Below are positions 22,765 to 36,698 of a stretch of DNA of 64,000 nt, one piece after another. The DNA is from Eremomyces bilateralis CBS 781.70 (lineage: Eukaryota), in assembly GCA_010015585.1 (NCBI GenBank), contig ML975153.1; one strand, 5' to 3'. Positions within the stretch are counted from its first letter, which is position 1, and every line of letters begins with the position of its first letter. The position numbers and the translations under genes were made by a program. The notes under the pieces were generated by a model, which saw nothing but the letters and a program-made list of their open reading frames with translations, was not told where the DNA came from and ran no database searches.

Positions 22765-25700
22765 CTCGGCACACCTATCCGATCGATGTTCGATAGGTTG
22801 AAGGTCGGTTGACGGCTATCACCTTCGCTTCCATTTACTCCTCCACTGATTGTCCTCTAAGAATTTTCGAGTCCGTCCGCCCTCCGCGGCCCAGACATAA
22901 TGGGCTTCTCAGCCCTGGTACTAAGGCGCGGGGCGAGGTGAGGATGGGGGTTCGATGGCGCTCGAACGGACGAGGAATAGTATGGATCGGCAGGTGCTTT
23001 TGGTACTTGACGGTTGAGGTCGTGAAGAGTCGCGCCGTAGAGCCGCTGTACGTAGTGATTCCAGTCTGCGGTCGTCTAGGAACGGGGTGGCTGCAATAAG
23101 CGCGTCCGCTAATGGTGAGGGTGGTGATCGGATATGTGCCAGATGACTGTCAAGTGAGAGGACAAACTAGGACAAAGCGAAGGGAATCGTTAGCTGTGGA
23201 GCTCGAAGCACGCAATTCAACAGGACCAAGAATGCAGTCAATCTCAAGAAAGAACCAATTCACAGCGAGTGCTGTCTATTGAATGATCAATTGGGTGAGT
23301 GCGTACCTTTTCAGCGGGGGAGGGCAAACCGGGTGGTTGTGGTTCAAGATGCTCAATAGGCTTGAGGAGGGGCGGGCAACCAACTCAACAACGGAATCGC
23401 TAGGAACTTGGGAAGGATGATCAACGGGACCAGCAAGTGGACGAGGGAGCCGAAGCCAAAAGCAGAAAACTGTGCACGGGGACGGGGAAAGGGAAAGGAT
23501 GCAATTGCACAATGAGGGACAAGTATTAATACACAGATGTCGAGGAGAAAAGAGGGAGGAAGCGAGATGAAGAGTGGGAGGGTATCGTCATCACGATGGG
23601 AGGAAATGGACTCAAATCGTGAAATAGAGGATGAAAGGCGGCGGGCCTGGGATTAAGTTTACTGTACGGAATAATACGGTACAGGATCCACTGGCAATCC
23701 ACTGGCAATCTGACATGGATCATCAGTTCATGTTCGATCATTGATGGGAAGTTGGGAACTCATCACTCTTAAGCCTTAACTGTGGGATGGTTGAGACGAA
23801 GTTGGGAACTTGGGACTGGTGGGAATTAGGGGGGTGCTGGGGGGGTGCTGTGGTTATTTCACAGTGATATACGGATACTGATATTTTGATTTGGGGGGGA
23901 GGGATCTGGGAGGAAGGGGTTGCAGGACAGAGCCCAAAGTAAGGAGGATTTCCAGGTAATATTCGCGTAACTTTGGCGGTTGCCACCTCTCAACCATCCG
24001 GGTATTCGCAAGTGATGGATGATAGAATCAGGCCACTTTAGGAACTGCAGCAGTGCAACGGGACCATGGGTTCATTGTTCTGAAATATATTCTTTGGTAT
24101 TCTTTGACTTTTCATTCGACAAAACACTGGGCTTGATGACGAATGGAATTGTAACGACTCCTGTCCACACAGATGACGAGCCAACAGGCTTGGCATAGAT
24201 TCATCATCCATTAATTATAAATTACAATACCGTATAAAACTAGAATTACACCCCACACCAGCGTCTTGCATCCATGGGACTTGGCGGATGGGCGTCTTCT
24301 GTGTCGGCTCTCACCAGATTCTGCTGCCACATTCCAAGACTCCAACGAAATATAAAAGTCCCAACCACCCTGAGTTCTTCACTCCGCCACAGCGTCCTTG
24401 ATTTGATGCTTCCGGGTACAGGAAAGAGAGAGAGAGCACAATGAGAAATCTTCTCTTGATTACGGCTATGAGCCTTCACGACTTGATTGTTCGTTCAGTG
24501 ACGGAAGTGCTGTAGATAACTAGGCTGTCGATGTCATCCACCATACCTGGTCAGTACAGTAGACAGTTTTAGCAGCCCTCCTTATCAAGACTTTTGCCCC
24601 TCCTCACCCATTGCACTGTGGTGTGGGCTCTCCTGAAGACAGAAGTCCTGATCAATAAAAACACGCTCACAGTCATCATGATTTATTCCATTTTTGCCCT
24701 CCAAAGCTGAATGCTCTCGATGATAGGCAGTCGTGTCTCTGTCCCGTGTGCCACACTCTCGCAACACCCTCCAGGCCTCCACTGTGGTAGATCGCAATAC
24801 CTGGCCAAGGAGTCTGTTATCTGTCGCGGTCCTGATTACTGACATGGGCCCCTTGAGCAGTCGACATCGCAATGTGTACGGCAGTTTGCCCTCCAGCCGC
24901 GTTCGCCGCGCAGATTCAACAGTAAGGTCCGGGTACCTATCGTGAATACAGTACTTACCCGAGTCGGTTTCCAATTGCCGTCAGTATCATGGAATTCATG
25001 GTACACCCTAGGTTGCGAAAGGCTCTGCCGAGTAAATGCAAAGGCCAAATAGACCTGACAGATCCCCAGATTCTGTTCCTCCAAAGATTGGTTTCTTTTC
25101 TTCTTCCCGCTCTTGCGCCACGCGGAGAAAGATGCTGCCCGATTGAGCGATCGACCAGACCACCAACCAAGCTCTCCGAAGTCTGAACGGCGAACAATGA
25201 ATGGACTGGAGTCTGGACCTCTTTGTCCTTTTTTCCCGCGTCTCTCGTCATTTCGTCACGCCGATTTGCCTACCACGCGCTGCATTGCACTTTGTTGGGA
25301 CCATCATTGGCTCCTCATCTAACTCAGCCCTGGCATTTAATCCTGCCACCATCGTGGAGGTGGATGGCTCACCCAGTCATACCTCAGTCTTTACAGCCCT
25401 TAGGCTTCATCTTCAGGCCACTCAGGCATTCAGCACCATTGATCGCCCGGACCACCTGTTCGACAGCCTTATCCAATAGGCCCTGGGTTAGGGGCGGGGT
25501 TACTACTCGCGAATTCCGAAGCAGAGCCTGATGAGATGTCTCGGACCAAGATTCAACTCCCATTTCTTATGAGGATCTAACCATCCGTAATCAGATGTTT
25601 GCGCGCTGTGCCGGCTGGGACCTACACGCTCCACAACGTGAACGCGGATATCAGGAAGACGAGGCTAACGCCTACAAGGAACCGGATCCTATCCCTGTCC

Positions 25701-26019
25701 CGATGCAGTGGTTCCCGTACAACATGACTGGAGACTATCCTATTGCAGCCCGCAGAGATTCTGTTGGGCTGGAGATCGGAGCACTTTTGCTTGTACCTAC
25801 CGCTGTACCGCACTTACCGTACCAATTATGTGTAACTTGGCAATTACAAGACGGACAAAACGGTGGAGTACGAAGATAAGGTGTGATTCTTTTCCCCAGC
25901 CAGTACCCTATACAGAGTTCAGAGTTCAGAGTGTTCAAACTTCAGTGTTATCCCTGGCAAATCTGTAGATGATCATACTGGACGCCTTGGGAACGGTAAG
26001 TCAACAATGGATGGGTCGT

Positions 26020-26055
26020 CATCCGTATCATCCGTATCATCCGTATCATCCGCAC
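26020..26055. repeat. 9-bp tandem repeat (CATCCGTAT) x3 plus a degenerate fourth copy
   Basis: Directly visible in the intergenic sequence. Confidence 0.75.
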
Positions 26056-27753
26056 CATCTTGCGATATTTGTCTCACTACGGCTAGTAAATGTATTACTT
26101 ACTATATACTAGTTACTACCACGCTTTCGTCTTGCTTCACTTCGCATTAAGGAACCTTACTTCGCAGGGCCGACTTTATTGAGACGGAGATGTGCCGAGA
26201 TACACACATACCTTAGCTGAGAGCACATATATCCCATAAGCTCTGACCATCCCCATAGTCTTAATGCTTTCTTGTCCTTATCTTTCTTTCGAAATATCAA
26301 ATAACTCGCGCTCATGTTAGTCGCATATTAATTAGTATATGCATCGGCCGCAAGTTTGAGAGCCTCGAAGATTGACAGACCCCCGTCGTTTGTGCCCTTG
26401 TCCATACCTCCATGGATTCCTTGATTTGGTGCAAGACGAAGGGGTTAGATTCCTGTTCCTCCGGATCCTCTGCGTTTATTGGTGATGATCCTGCCAGAAG
26501 CGCAACGGGGAGCCAAATGCGCCTGCAAGACATCCCGTCGTGTTTCGGTTAACCTTTGCTACCTGTTCATGGACACGAGCATGGTGACAAAAGTCTGTGG
26601 CACTCATCACACTGGCTAAAGTGACGACGCTGCTTCAGAGTATCGCTGTGTGTACATGCAACATCAGCCAAGGATGTTGAGAGGCAGTGAGAAGCCTAAT
26701 TGTCGTCCTTCTCCGCGTCGAGGCTGGCCCCTAGCTCGTTGCGGTTCTCTCCACGGCGATTCCGGTGTGCAAACTCGCAAAGCAATTTACAGCCATCTTT
26801 GAGGGTAAGGATCGCGCTAGTCGGACGTTGAAGCGGCGAATGCCGCGGCTGTTCCCTGGTTCGTATCGACCATCACAGTTGTTGAAGCGGAATCGTGTGC
26901 ACGTCGCACTCATCGCCGTAAACTGTAAAGGCGCAGACCATGCTCGAATGACCCTGGAGGGTTTGGAACATGCCCAAAAACAGCGACATGCAGAATCCAT
27001 CCTGGTCCCGCCCAGCATCAAGCATGCAGCTTCCCGGCGTTCGTCCTTCCATGTCTTTTCAACCCTGCAGGCGAATGCGGAGCAGAAGTGCTAGTCATAA
27101 ACTCGTAATAATAATACAGAGGTACTGGCGTACGACGGTTAGACACTCGGGGTTCCTTGTCCGAGAGTGGTAACGATGCAGAAGGGAGAACCTCCTTCCT
27201 CGATACAGGCTCAAGATTCCATTGTTTGACGAAGGACTTGGTAATCGTAGATAAATATGTACAGAGTACCATACTGGTTGATGTGGCTGCGGTCTGGAAC
27301 TTTGTTGAGGGCCCATTTCCTTTGTCGCCGTATCTGGGCAAGCGGACGGAGAAAAGTCTGCTTGCACAGGTCAGAATCTACATGACGTGCATCCACAGGG
27401 ACAGCGACACGACCAGACGATGTGCATCAGTGCAGCCCAGAAGCGGGATCTGCGTCTGCTCGTAATATATTTTCGTGTTTCAGTTGAGGATCTTCAGTGG
27501 AATGTTGATGCATATCAGTTGGTGATGAAAATCATGAAATTGCTTGGATGTCTGACTGTGAACGCCTTACTGCCTGACTTGTCTGACAGTGACCTGGACC
27601 AGTCCAGACAGTGACTATGACTCGCATCCCGGTCCCATCTGAACAGTCGAAAGATGACAACTGACAAAGACGACAGGCAACATACTGTTCCATTCTATAT
27701 TCGTCCTTCAAACTCATCCACAATATGAGGCTCGAAGTTTCCAAGAAACAGGA

Positions 27754-29818
27754 ATGGGGATAATGGATTCTCAGTTGGACGGTTCCACGTGGTCCCATCA
27801 GAAGGTGTTCTCTCTTATCCTCGCCTTCCGACTCGTCAATGCCTTGACCATCAGGACCTTTTTCCAACCCGATGAATACTTTCAATCGTTGGAGCCAGCT
27901 TGGGAGCTTGCCTTTGGGCTACGAGCAAAGGCTTGGATAACTTGGGTAACCTAGACTGATCGGACTCGCATTTTTAAATGAGGAACTAAGCGGACAATGG
28001 CAGGAATGGCACCACCGACTCCGATCTTCGCTGCATCCCTTCTTCTTTTCGGCCGTCTACATGATAGCTGGGAGAGCTGCCCAAGCGTTGTCTTTGTCGA
28101 CGGCAAATCACAGTGCATTGCTTATAGCAGCCCCTAAACTCACCCAAGCAATCTTTGCCACGTGCACCGACTACTTCACATGGCGACTCGGTGCAACGCT
28201 CTTTGGCGAGAAAAGCGCCGCAGCGCGAGCTTCTGTAAGAATCCCATCCTCATCGTTCCATCTGAGAGTTCTAGCAAGTTAGGAGACGGAAGTGTATCTA
28301 ATATTTATCCAAAGTTGCTAACCACGGTATCGAACCCTTGGCAATGGTTCTGCTCCACTCGAACGTTCTCAAATTCGATCGAGACCACCCTAACCGCGTT
28401 CGCCCTGAGTAAATGGCCATGGGAATTGCGTTCGGACCGTTCTTCGCCAACCCAGCCATCGGCTAACAGGATTTTGGAGAGCCGAAGGTATCACTAGTCA
28501 TAATAGAGATCTATACCTGGGCGCTGACTAATGTGTCCAGGGCGCTGGCATTATCACTTATTGCAGCCGCAATAGCTTGTGTACTTCGGCCCACAAACCT
28601 CCTCGTATGGGTTTGTGTAGCATCGATGTCCCTATTGAGGGCTGCAAACGTGGACCGACTTTTTCTAGTGTTCAGTGCCGCCTTATACGGGTGAGTTGAC
28701 TGAATATACCAGGAACTACCCTCGAGTGCAGTTGAGCCATGTATGCTGAAACTCGCAGTTTATTGGTCCTCTCCATCTCCGTGCTACTTGACAGAGCATA
28801 TTACGGGGCGTGGACGATGCCAGCCCTTCGATTCCTCGGACTTAACGTTGGCCAGTCAGTTGCATCTTTCTACGGTCGCAACCGATCCGACTATTATCTT
28901 ACGGAAGGTATCCCGCTGCTCTTAACCACTGCCTTGCCGTTTGCGGTTCACGGTGTCGTCTCATCCCTGAAACCAGTACGGAGTGGAGTGACTGCTCAGG
29001 AGTCGGTGAAACACCAAACACTGAAAACACTCTCTTATACCTGCGTCCTTGTGACAATCGCCTTCTCGTCTATTCCTCATAAGGAAGTCCGCTTTTTGTA
29101 TCCTTTACTGCCAGCCTTCATCGTTCTTTCTGCTCCTTCAATTGCACATTTCGTCGACAGAGCCAAACGCAGCAATAGGTATCGGCCTGCAGCCTTTGTA
29201 ATGATGGGTCTCAATGTTGCTATTGCCATTTATACGACTCAATTCCACCAACGTGGGGTTGTGGATGCCGTACATTTTCTTCGGCAGCAATATGAGATGA
29301 GCGCCTTTACCGACCGGCCCTCGCCCGCCATATCCGCGGTCTTTCTCATGCCATGTCACAGCACGCCATGGCGCTCTCACCTTGTATACGCAGATATCAA
29401 TGCATGGGCACTGACATGCGAGCCACCAATAGGCTTGCCTGAAGATACGAGGGCGGGTTATCTCGACGAAGCCGATCAGTTCTACGATGACCCTCATAGC
29501 TGGTTGTTATCGAATATGGCGGATGATGAAGGAACAATTCGCCGGGATCGTTCAAATGCGGGGAGGGACGGAAGTCGGAGCAACGAAAGCACCATTCCCG
29601 GTCAAAGGGGGCCTGGTCAAGATAAAAGGCCCTGGCCGGAGTACCTTGTGTTCTTCGAGCAACTCGAAGACAGCTTGCTCCCGTTCAAAAGTGATCTTGG
29701 TTATGAGACACGTCAAAAGTTTTTCAACACACATTGGCACGACGACTGGAGAAGAAAAGGAGACGTTGTAATCTGGCATCGTCCGCAACCTGTGGTGGAT
29801 TCGATTGCAAATCAATGA
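27754..29818 (+). CDS. GPI10: GPI mannosyltransferase 3 (PIG-B, glycosyltransferase family 22)
   Basis: [63 protein letters not shown] and [16 protein letters not shown]. Four introns. Confidence 0.93.
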
Positions 29819-29888
29819 ATTGCGTACTCTGCATTTTACGCTTGAGAGTTTGCGCTCAAGCACGTGTGGAATCATGATACGATGATAC

Positions 29889-31091
29889 TCATAGAATGAC
29901 CTTCGATGCAACCCCAAGCAACCATGCCGCGTCCCTCCATCCACCGTCCTGCCCAGGGGGTGCGATGTCAGCAGCAGGCAGTGCTTTAGAATCCGAACCT
30001 TCAGCAAACGGTGGCTGTCGTTGGTCACCTGTGCCGTCTGCAGCCGGAGGGGAAACTTCGAAGCTGTTATTGTCATCGCCGTCCTCCTCGACCTCAAACA
30101 ACGTCCAGCCCATCAGCCGGTCCACCCAACCACCAAAATTCGCACTCTGGTCCCGGGCGAGCCTCGCCACTTCTTCCTCGTCCCGTCCGTCTTGTTCGTC
30201 ATCGCCATCGTCCTGCTCAAGGCTTTCCTGCAGCACCCGCTCGTCCACAAAGTCTGGGCCAGTTACGGAATCTCCAAAAAAGTAATCCCCATCACCACCT
30301 GCTGGGGCTGGCCCCCTCGTCATTGGCGTCAGCATCTCAAGCCGACTCCCGGCTCTTGACCCTCTTCTGCTGATCCTCGCGCTCCCAGGCGCACTCCCAG
30401 GCCTGCTCCCAGGCGACCAGCGTTTGGGAGTGGTCGGGGACGCTTCATCGTCGCCGAAGCGGGTCCGTCCTTGGCCGTTGAGTCCATGGTGGCTGGTCCC
30501 CTGGTGGATTCTCTGTGGGTCCGCATTGTCGCCTAGCATATTGGTGCTGCTCTCCCGGCTCACCAGCCAGCTTTGGCCCTTCGATTCCCGCGTTTCGGAC
30601 GCAATCGCCAGACCGGCGCGGTAGAACCACGTCGCATCATTCCCCGCCCGAAGGAGTCGCGGGCCGGTATGTCGGCGAACATGATGCCGCCCGGCCGGAT
30701 CGGTAGTCAGGATCGCGGCGCCTCCCTTGTGAGCGACCGGATGAGCGAAAAGCAGAGCCGATGAGCTCTTCGCTTTGGTCAATGCGATTTGGTCGGGTTC
30801 GGCGGTGCCCGTCTGAGCTACCACGTGTCCTTCATGAAGGTACTGCGAGCGACGCGTCCGGCTATGTCGACTCGGGGAGCGGCTCAGGATGCCCGGCGTT
30901 GAGGGTGCGGATCGGCCCTGGATGTAAGAAGCTTGTGGAGGGAAGGATGGCGAGGTCGGATCGTAGGGTGCGTCGTCGTCGTCGATGGGGAAACGGGAAC
31001 TGAGAGGCGCCAGGGACAGGTGGTTGAGGTTCGGAAAGGACCTGCGAGATGAGGGTCGGGACAGAGGAGGAGTGGTCTTGGAGAACTCCAT
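29889..31091 (-). CDS. Conserved fungal protein, DUF3984-like
   Basis: RRSFPNLNHLSLAPL, SYIQGRSAPSTPGILS, ETRESKGQSWLVSRESST and GGWRDAAWLLGVASKVIL C-terminus. First ATG at 31091. Confidence 0.75.
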   Translation of the reverse strand: MEFSKTTPPLSRPSSRRSFPNLNHLSLAPLSSRFPIDDDDAPYDPTSPSFPPQASYIQGRSAPSTPGILSRSPSRHSRTRRSQYLHEGHVVAQTGTAEPDQIALTKAKSSSALLFAHPVAHKGGAAILTTDPAGRHHVRRHTGPRLLRAGNDATWFYRAGLAIASETRESKGQSWLVSRESSTNMLGDNADPQRIHQGTSHHGLNGQGRTRFGDDEASPTTPKRWSPGSRPGSAPGSARISRRGSRAGSRLEMLTPMTRGPAPAGGDGDYFFGDSVTGPDFVDERVLQESLEQDDGDDEQDGRDEEEVARLARDQSANFGGWVDRLMGWTLFEVEEDGDDNNSFEVSPPAADGTGDQRQPPFAEGSDSKALPAADIAPPGQDGGWRDAAWLLGVASKVIL

Positions 31092-31556
31092 CTCGTCCGA
31101 CAAATGAGGGGAGGGTTTCAAGAATGATGTTTTCGAATTACTTTAGGCAACGGATTTAGGATCCTTCAATTTGAAAGAAGTATTAACACTGGTGTGGGCG
31201 GTAAGATAGCTTATTATTCTATTATTGAGATGTGAGTTTGATATCCTGACGTTGAATGTTGGGGAAGTTGGCGGCGCGGCTTCCACTCATGCCAACCTTG
31301 ACTGGTCCTGCATGGATGTGTTGCGGCCATATCCCTGTAGTTTGCCTGCAAAGAGTAAAGCTCCCGGTTATATAATTCAATTACAAATCAACTATCTGTA
31401 CATTACGTATGTAATCACGTCCATCCATCACATGTATCGGGGAGCAGTTCGGTTTAAACGTCTTGATGGATTGTATCAAAATGCGTACGGAGTATCCGAA
31501 GGCCAAGACTTAACCTAAACATGCTTCAAAACTCCAACATGCTCTAGATAAAATCT

Positions 31557-32800
31557 CTATTGCGTTGGAAGCCCGGATTCTGAAACAAGATGATCCGATG
31601 TTGCAATAGGCCCTTCACCAACGCCCGTCAATATCACTCGGCTGACTCCCGACTTCAACACGGCCACCACACGTTCGTCGAGGCCTTCTATAGGTGCTTC
31701 TTGGACCTGTGTCCCTCTATCCCCTGCCCAACCATCCTTATCGCCGAGGAGTGACTTGAAAACCCCCGCAACTTGCCCTTCGTTCTCCGCCAGGTAGTAG
31801 ACCACCGCGTTTGGCCCGGCGTCAAAAGTATATGCGGCGACATTCCTGCCTACCCGTTCGTTGATGGCTTCCACAAGACGCACGGCGGCCCTGGAGGTTT
31901 CGTTCATGTAGAAGATAGGGGGAACGGTGTCCAGGCACACCGCATGGAAACTATTGCTGTCCTGCATCGTCAGGTCCGCAAACGTTGCGAAGTCCTTCTT
32001 CGCAATCGCCTCCTTCATAGCGATCATCCGTGCCGGCACCAACTTCTCCACACGCAGCGGGAAGAGCGTGCTCGTGGCGGCCGTCTGCTGCATGCCGGCC
32101 GTGCTGGGCACGCCTTTCTTCTCGGCACTGGCGACCACGACCAGAGCGCGCATCTCCGGCCAATGCGATGCCGGCGCAACTTCCACGGCGACGCTGTCAT
32201 TCCCATCGGCAGCAGTGCCAGCATCCCACGCCACATATCCTCCGAATAAGCTGCGGCAAGCCGAGCCGGACCCTTGTCGTGCGATGGCAGAGAGTTCGGT
32301 GGGTGACTGAGGCAGCTCATAGAGATTGGCAATGGCGCGAATGAGGGCAGCAAATCCAGCGGCGGAGCTGGCAAGCCCGGCTGCAGTAGGGAAGTTGTTG
32401 ATCGAAACGATGCGAAGCGGCCATTGCGAAAGCTTGGGGAGGGAATTGTCTCGGTCCTCGAGAATCTTGCGTAAGGCTCTTAGACGAGCAAGGCATGCTT
32501 GCGATCGCGGCGTCGTAAGAGGGGACGGTTCCCCATTTAGTATTAAGCTGTCGTCGTCGGAAAAGGCTTGGGAGCAGGAGGCCGTGGTGTGCGCTTTGAG
32601 ATCGGATTGGGCGAGAGTGACGGATAAGGAGGAGTTCGTGGGGAGGTTTAGTTTGGCGTCTCGTTTGCCCCAGTACCTTCAGATACAAGCGAATCAGTCA
32701 GCGATTCAGAGTCGAAGTTGAGGCGAGGAAATCCATACTTGATCACTGCGATATTGACTGGGGCGGTCGTACTCGCACGGTAGACTCGGGAGTCTGCCAT
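31557..32800 (-). CDS. MVD1: Diphosphomevalonate decarboxylase (GHMP family)
   Basis: ASTTAPVNIAVIK|YWGKRD, NNFPTAAGLASSAAGFAAL, ARQGSGSACRSLFGGYVAW and YTFDAGPNAV. Intron 32677-32738. Confidence 0.96.
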
Positions 32801-33307
32801 TGCGATGTGAGATGGAGAGCAAGAAGTGGGAGCCGATCAGTGAAAGGCTGCGACTACTAGAAATGAAGAAGATGAATTCGTAAGTCAATTGTCGCGGAAA
32901 GAAGGCTTTTCAATCTTCAATTGCAAAAGCAGCGAGCAATCCAAGAGACCTGATTTCAGCGATTTGGGCTTCAATTCCTTGTGGTCTGGTGAGCGCCGAG
33001 CGGTGAACATTAGCAGGGTCTAATACTACGAACCGTACAGTATTCTATGGAAATTCTCGGTATTTATGGATTAGTCATCGTCAACAGGGATATGGCGTTC
33101 CCGACTTCATGTTATCATGGATCAATTTATTGTGGAAGGACTGTATAGTAATTAATTATCGAATTGCAGTCCGTCATCCGTGGCAATATCACAGCAGCGT
33201 AAATCCACCTCAAGTTTCTGGATCTCTTGCCTTCAGACATCGCACATAATCGGAACTCTACCGCTATCACTATCTCAGACGTCAACTGCTGGCGTGCCAT
33301 CGCCGTC

Positions 33308-34184
33308 ATGAGCAACAACTCGGACAAATCTTCAGCCACATCATGTCCAATTGATGACAATGCTCGCGCAGCCTGGCTGCGACAGAACAATTCCAACTCC
33401 TCCTCCCCCCCGCCGTCCAATAAGCCGGATACGTCACCAGACCCATCATGTCCAGTCGATCACAACTCTCGCTCGGCGTGGCTGCAGATGAACAAATCCA
33501 ACCCGTCCCCTCCCTCGCCACCCGACGCGTCGACCATCCTTTCGCAACTCCCTTCACCGCACCCGAAACTAGGATCGACCCGTGAGGTCTCCACCATACC
33601 GCGCGGAGAATCCTCGCCCTCGCAAGGCAGCTACCCCTCGAACCATGAGATTGAGTCCGGCATTGACAAGTCGGGCAAGTGGATCTACCCGTCCGAAAAG
33701 ATGTTCTTCGATGCGATGAAGCGGAAAGAGCACGATCCGAGGGCGGAGGACATGCGCGCGGTCGTACCGATACATAACGCGGTCAATGAGCGGGCATGGA
33801 AGGAGATTATAGCATGGGAGAAAGGCCAGGGAGCGGAAAAGTTGGTCGTCCATTTCACGAGTATATCATCATGGCGATAGATAATGGCTAACATGAGCTC
33901 GGAGCAGATGCGGTGGCCCGAAATTGCTATCGTTCTCGGGCATGTCTACACAACTGACACCTCGCGCCCGCTTTAATACATTACTCGGTTACCAAGCGCC
34001 GTTCGATCGACATGACTGGGTCATCGACCGCTGCGGAACCCGAGTCGAGTACGTGATTGACTTCTACCAGGGCCGAAACGAAGGAAGGGAAGGGAAACCC
34101 CTCAACTTTTACCTCGACGTGCGACCCAAACTAAACAGTTGGGAAGGATGGAAAGCGAGGGTGGCGCGTACGATCGGTCTATGA
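33308..34184 (+). CDS. CYT2: Holocytochrome c/c1 synthase (heme lyase), most like Cyt2
   Basis: Two CP heme-regulatory motifs, REVSTIPR, WIYPSEKMFFDAMKRK, IHNAVNERAW, PFDRHDWVIDRCG and YVIDFY. Intron 33841-33907. CYT2 versus CYC3 is a judgement from the CPVDH..R.AWL style. Confidence 0.85.
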
Positions 34185-36698
34185 TGGAGCGGAAAAACGT
34201 GAGCGTAGGTGTTGGGATACGAGGGACTCGGTGATATTTTGTATTCATATACTGTAAGATATGTTGAAATGAAGGCGAGCAGGTCACCGTGGTGCTTCGT
34301 TGGGTCTATTTCGCTGATATGGAAGTGTTGGATGCCCAAAAGCCAATGGGCATTGGCTCCTGTGTCTAAACACCAACAGTCAACCCGATGGGTAAGGTAG
34401 GTAATACCTATTTTGAATTGATCAAACAATCCCAGCTCATGAATCAGACCAGATCGACAGTTAATAGCATCGCCACATACCATATACCAACCAGCGATGG
34501 GCAACACAGTGACAAGACCGTCAAACCCCCAAAGCCACAGATATCGCCTGCTATATCTCTGGTTTCGAATACCCAAGGATACATCATCCTGCTGTTTTTA
34601 AACCCCTGCATGCCATTTGGGGTCCTGCAAACTTGAAGTTTGCCATCTCATGAAAGACATTCCAACGGACGTTGCACGATACAGCTGCTTCATGTTATAC
34701 CGACCTCCAGTGAGAACCGAAGAGCCCCCAATGGAGCGGAACCTGTATTACCAAAGAATGGCAACTTCAATAGGTATACAAACCTCTTGCTCAGCCGCCT
34801 TGACAATCCATTCCAGCTGTCTTCGTCGTGTTGTTTTCATTCTTGTCGCTGTCAACCCGCGCTATCATAAGCTCCCGATTTTGCATTGATCGCGTTTGAT
34901 ACGGTGGATCCGTTTCATGCGAATATGTCGCCTCACCATTGATGGGGTTCAACCATTTCTTCCCTGAATTTTTGGCTCTGGCCACACACGCATCATGCAG
35001 CAAGTTCTCCGACTCTCATCCGATGCTGCCGCCTCACTGCCGTGGATTCGCAAGTGGAGATGGTTACGCGATACGCGGCGTATATGTGCGCCACGAGATG
35101 AAGATCGCTTGGGCAAGTGGAGGAGTTCTGGGTAGTCGAAGATGACCGCACTTCATGGACGCCGCTATATGGATGGGAAGGCACGAGAGGATCGTCCGGT
35201 GATCATCTGGACCGCCACATTCACCAATCGACAGTCCAAAGCCCTAGTGGTCTATCCTACAGTGCGATAGCGTTGGATCCGAGTCTAGCGATTCTGAGTG
35301 ATGAACGAGGCGGCATTTCACGAACGAAACCATGGTTATTTGACACGGAATGCATTCGAATCTGCACCATGGCACGCGAGGTTGACCGTCGCACAAGACT
35401 GGGGACGGCCGAGGCTGGGATGCGAGTAATGAGTCTGTACGCCGGCTTGTTGCAATCCTGTATACTTGTCATCATCTTATTCTCCCTCGTCCGGCGAGTG
35501 AACAAGACGCAGAAGAAGTTTTGAAAACCATCGCTAATGTTGAATCTCTAGCCCTCTGTCTACGCGGAATGGATGGCTGGCGACATCCATGGACGGCTTG
35601 GTGGCCGATGGCGATCCCGAGCAGATACGATTGGAGCATGACGATATCTCGTCTGCAGTGATTCCGGCCATATCAGACCTCTGATCGACCCCCCCACCTG
35701 TCTCATATATTGCACAAATGGTTCTTGTTGTCTTCTTGTCTTCCTTAGTAACAACACACATGTTACCAACCGTGGACGTACTGTCGACGAGCAAAGCGGC
35801 TATAGGATGGCACCCGGAGATTCGATGGAATCCCGGTCTCGGATTTGTGACTTTCATCTCTAGTTCTGTTCTCGATATCTGTATATATAAGTATGTATGT
35901 GCCATGCAGTGGCGATGAATTGATATCTCCTGAAGCCATGTGACCTGCCTATAAATCTGGTCCTCGATCTGATATTGACCGAATATTACAGGTATTAAAA
36001 CGATTAATACGTTAGTTACTGGTACGGAGTTACTATGGGTTAAACTGGCACCGCGGTATTCCCCTTGCCATTCGCAGCTGCGTGTTACCTGCACCATTCC
36101 ATAATTACGATAGGTCTGGATCTGAACATTGGAGCTCCACGTCTGAAGTCATCTATCTCCCTGCCAGCCTGCCAGCATGTAACCAAGCCAAGGACTCCTG
36201 TGTTTATATTACTGTGCAGGACCAGTAGCCTTGTCACAAGTAATCCCGAGCAATGAACTCATCAACTGCGACTAAGTTAATGTAAGTTTACGATACTAGC
36301 AAACTGCGGGGAAGCTGAGAACTATCATCGCTGCGGCGACCCCCCTGCCAACTTCCAACTTCCAAGGACGCCAAACCACAGCTATCTACGGCCTCCAACG
36401 CAGGAAGTTGTTATTATTCCGACCAAAGAACTAATCCCCCAGACCGGGACAGAGTTACAGGCAACGGGCAAAGGCGGCAACCCCAATATCAAGTCAATTA
36501 TTCCACATCCCCTTCTCCATCCTCTCGAACCCTACCACCGTTCCACCCACGTCCTTTCGCGTCCACGTCCAACTGCGTATACTACGACGTTACCACGACG
36601 TTTGCTACTCCCATCCGCTCATTGCTCGCCTCCAATTCTCTCGATTCACGCTTGAATCACCTTTGTTAGACGCGTCAAGCTTGCAAGACGACGCAACG

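Noticed and set aside
34400..36100. Several 60-190 aa ORFs between CYT2 and NIPSNAP
   Set aside because: No recognisable domain or consistent splice model, so they cannot be supported as genes.
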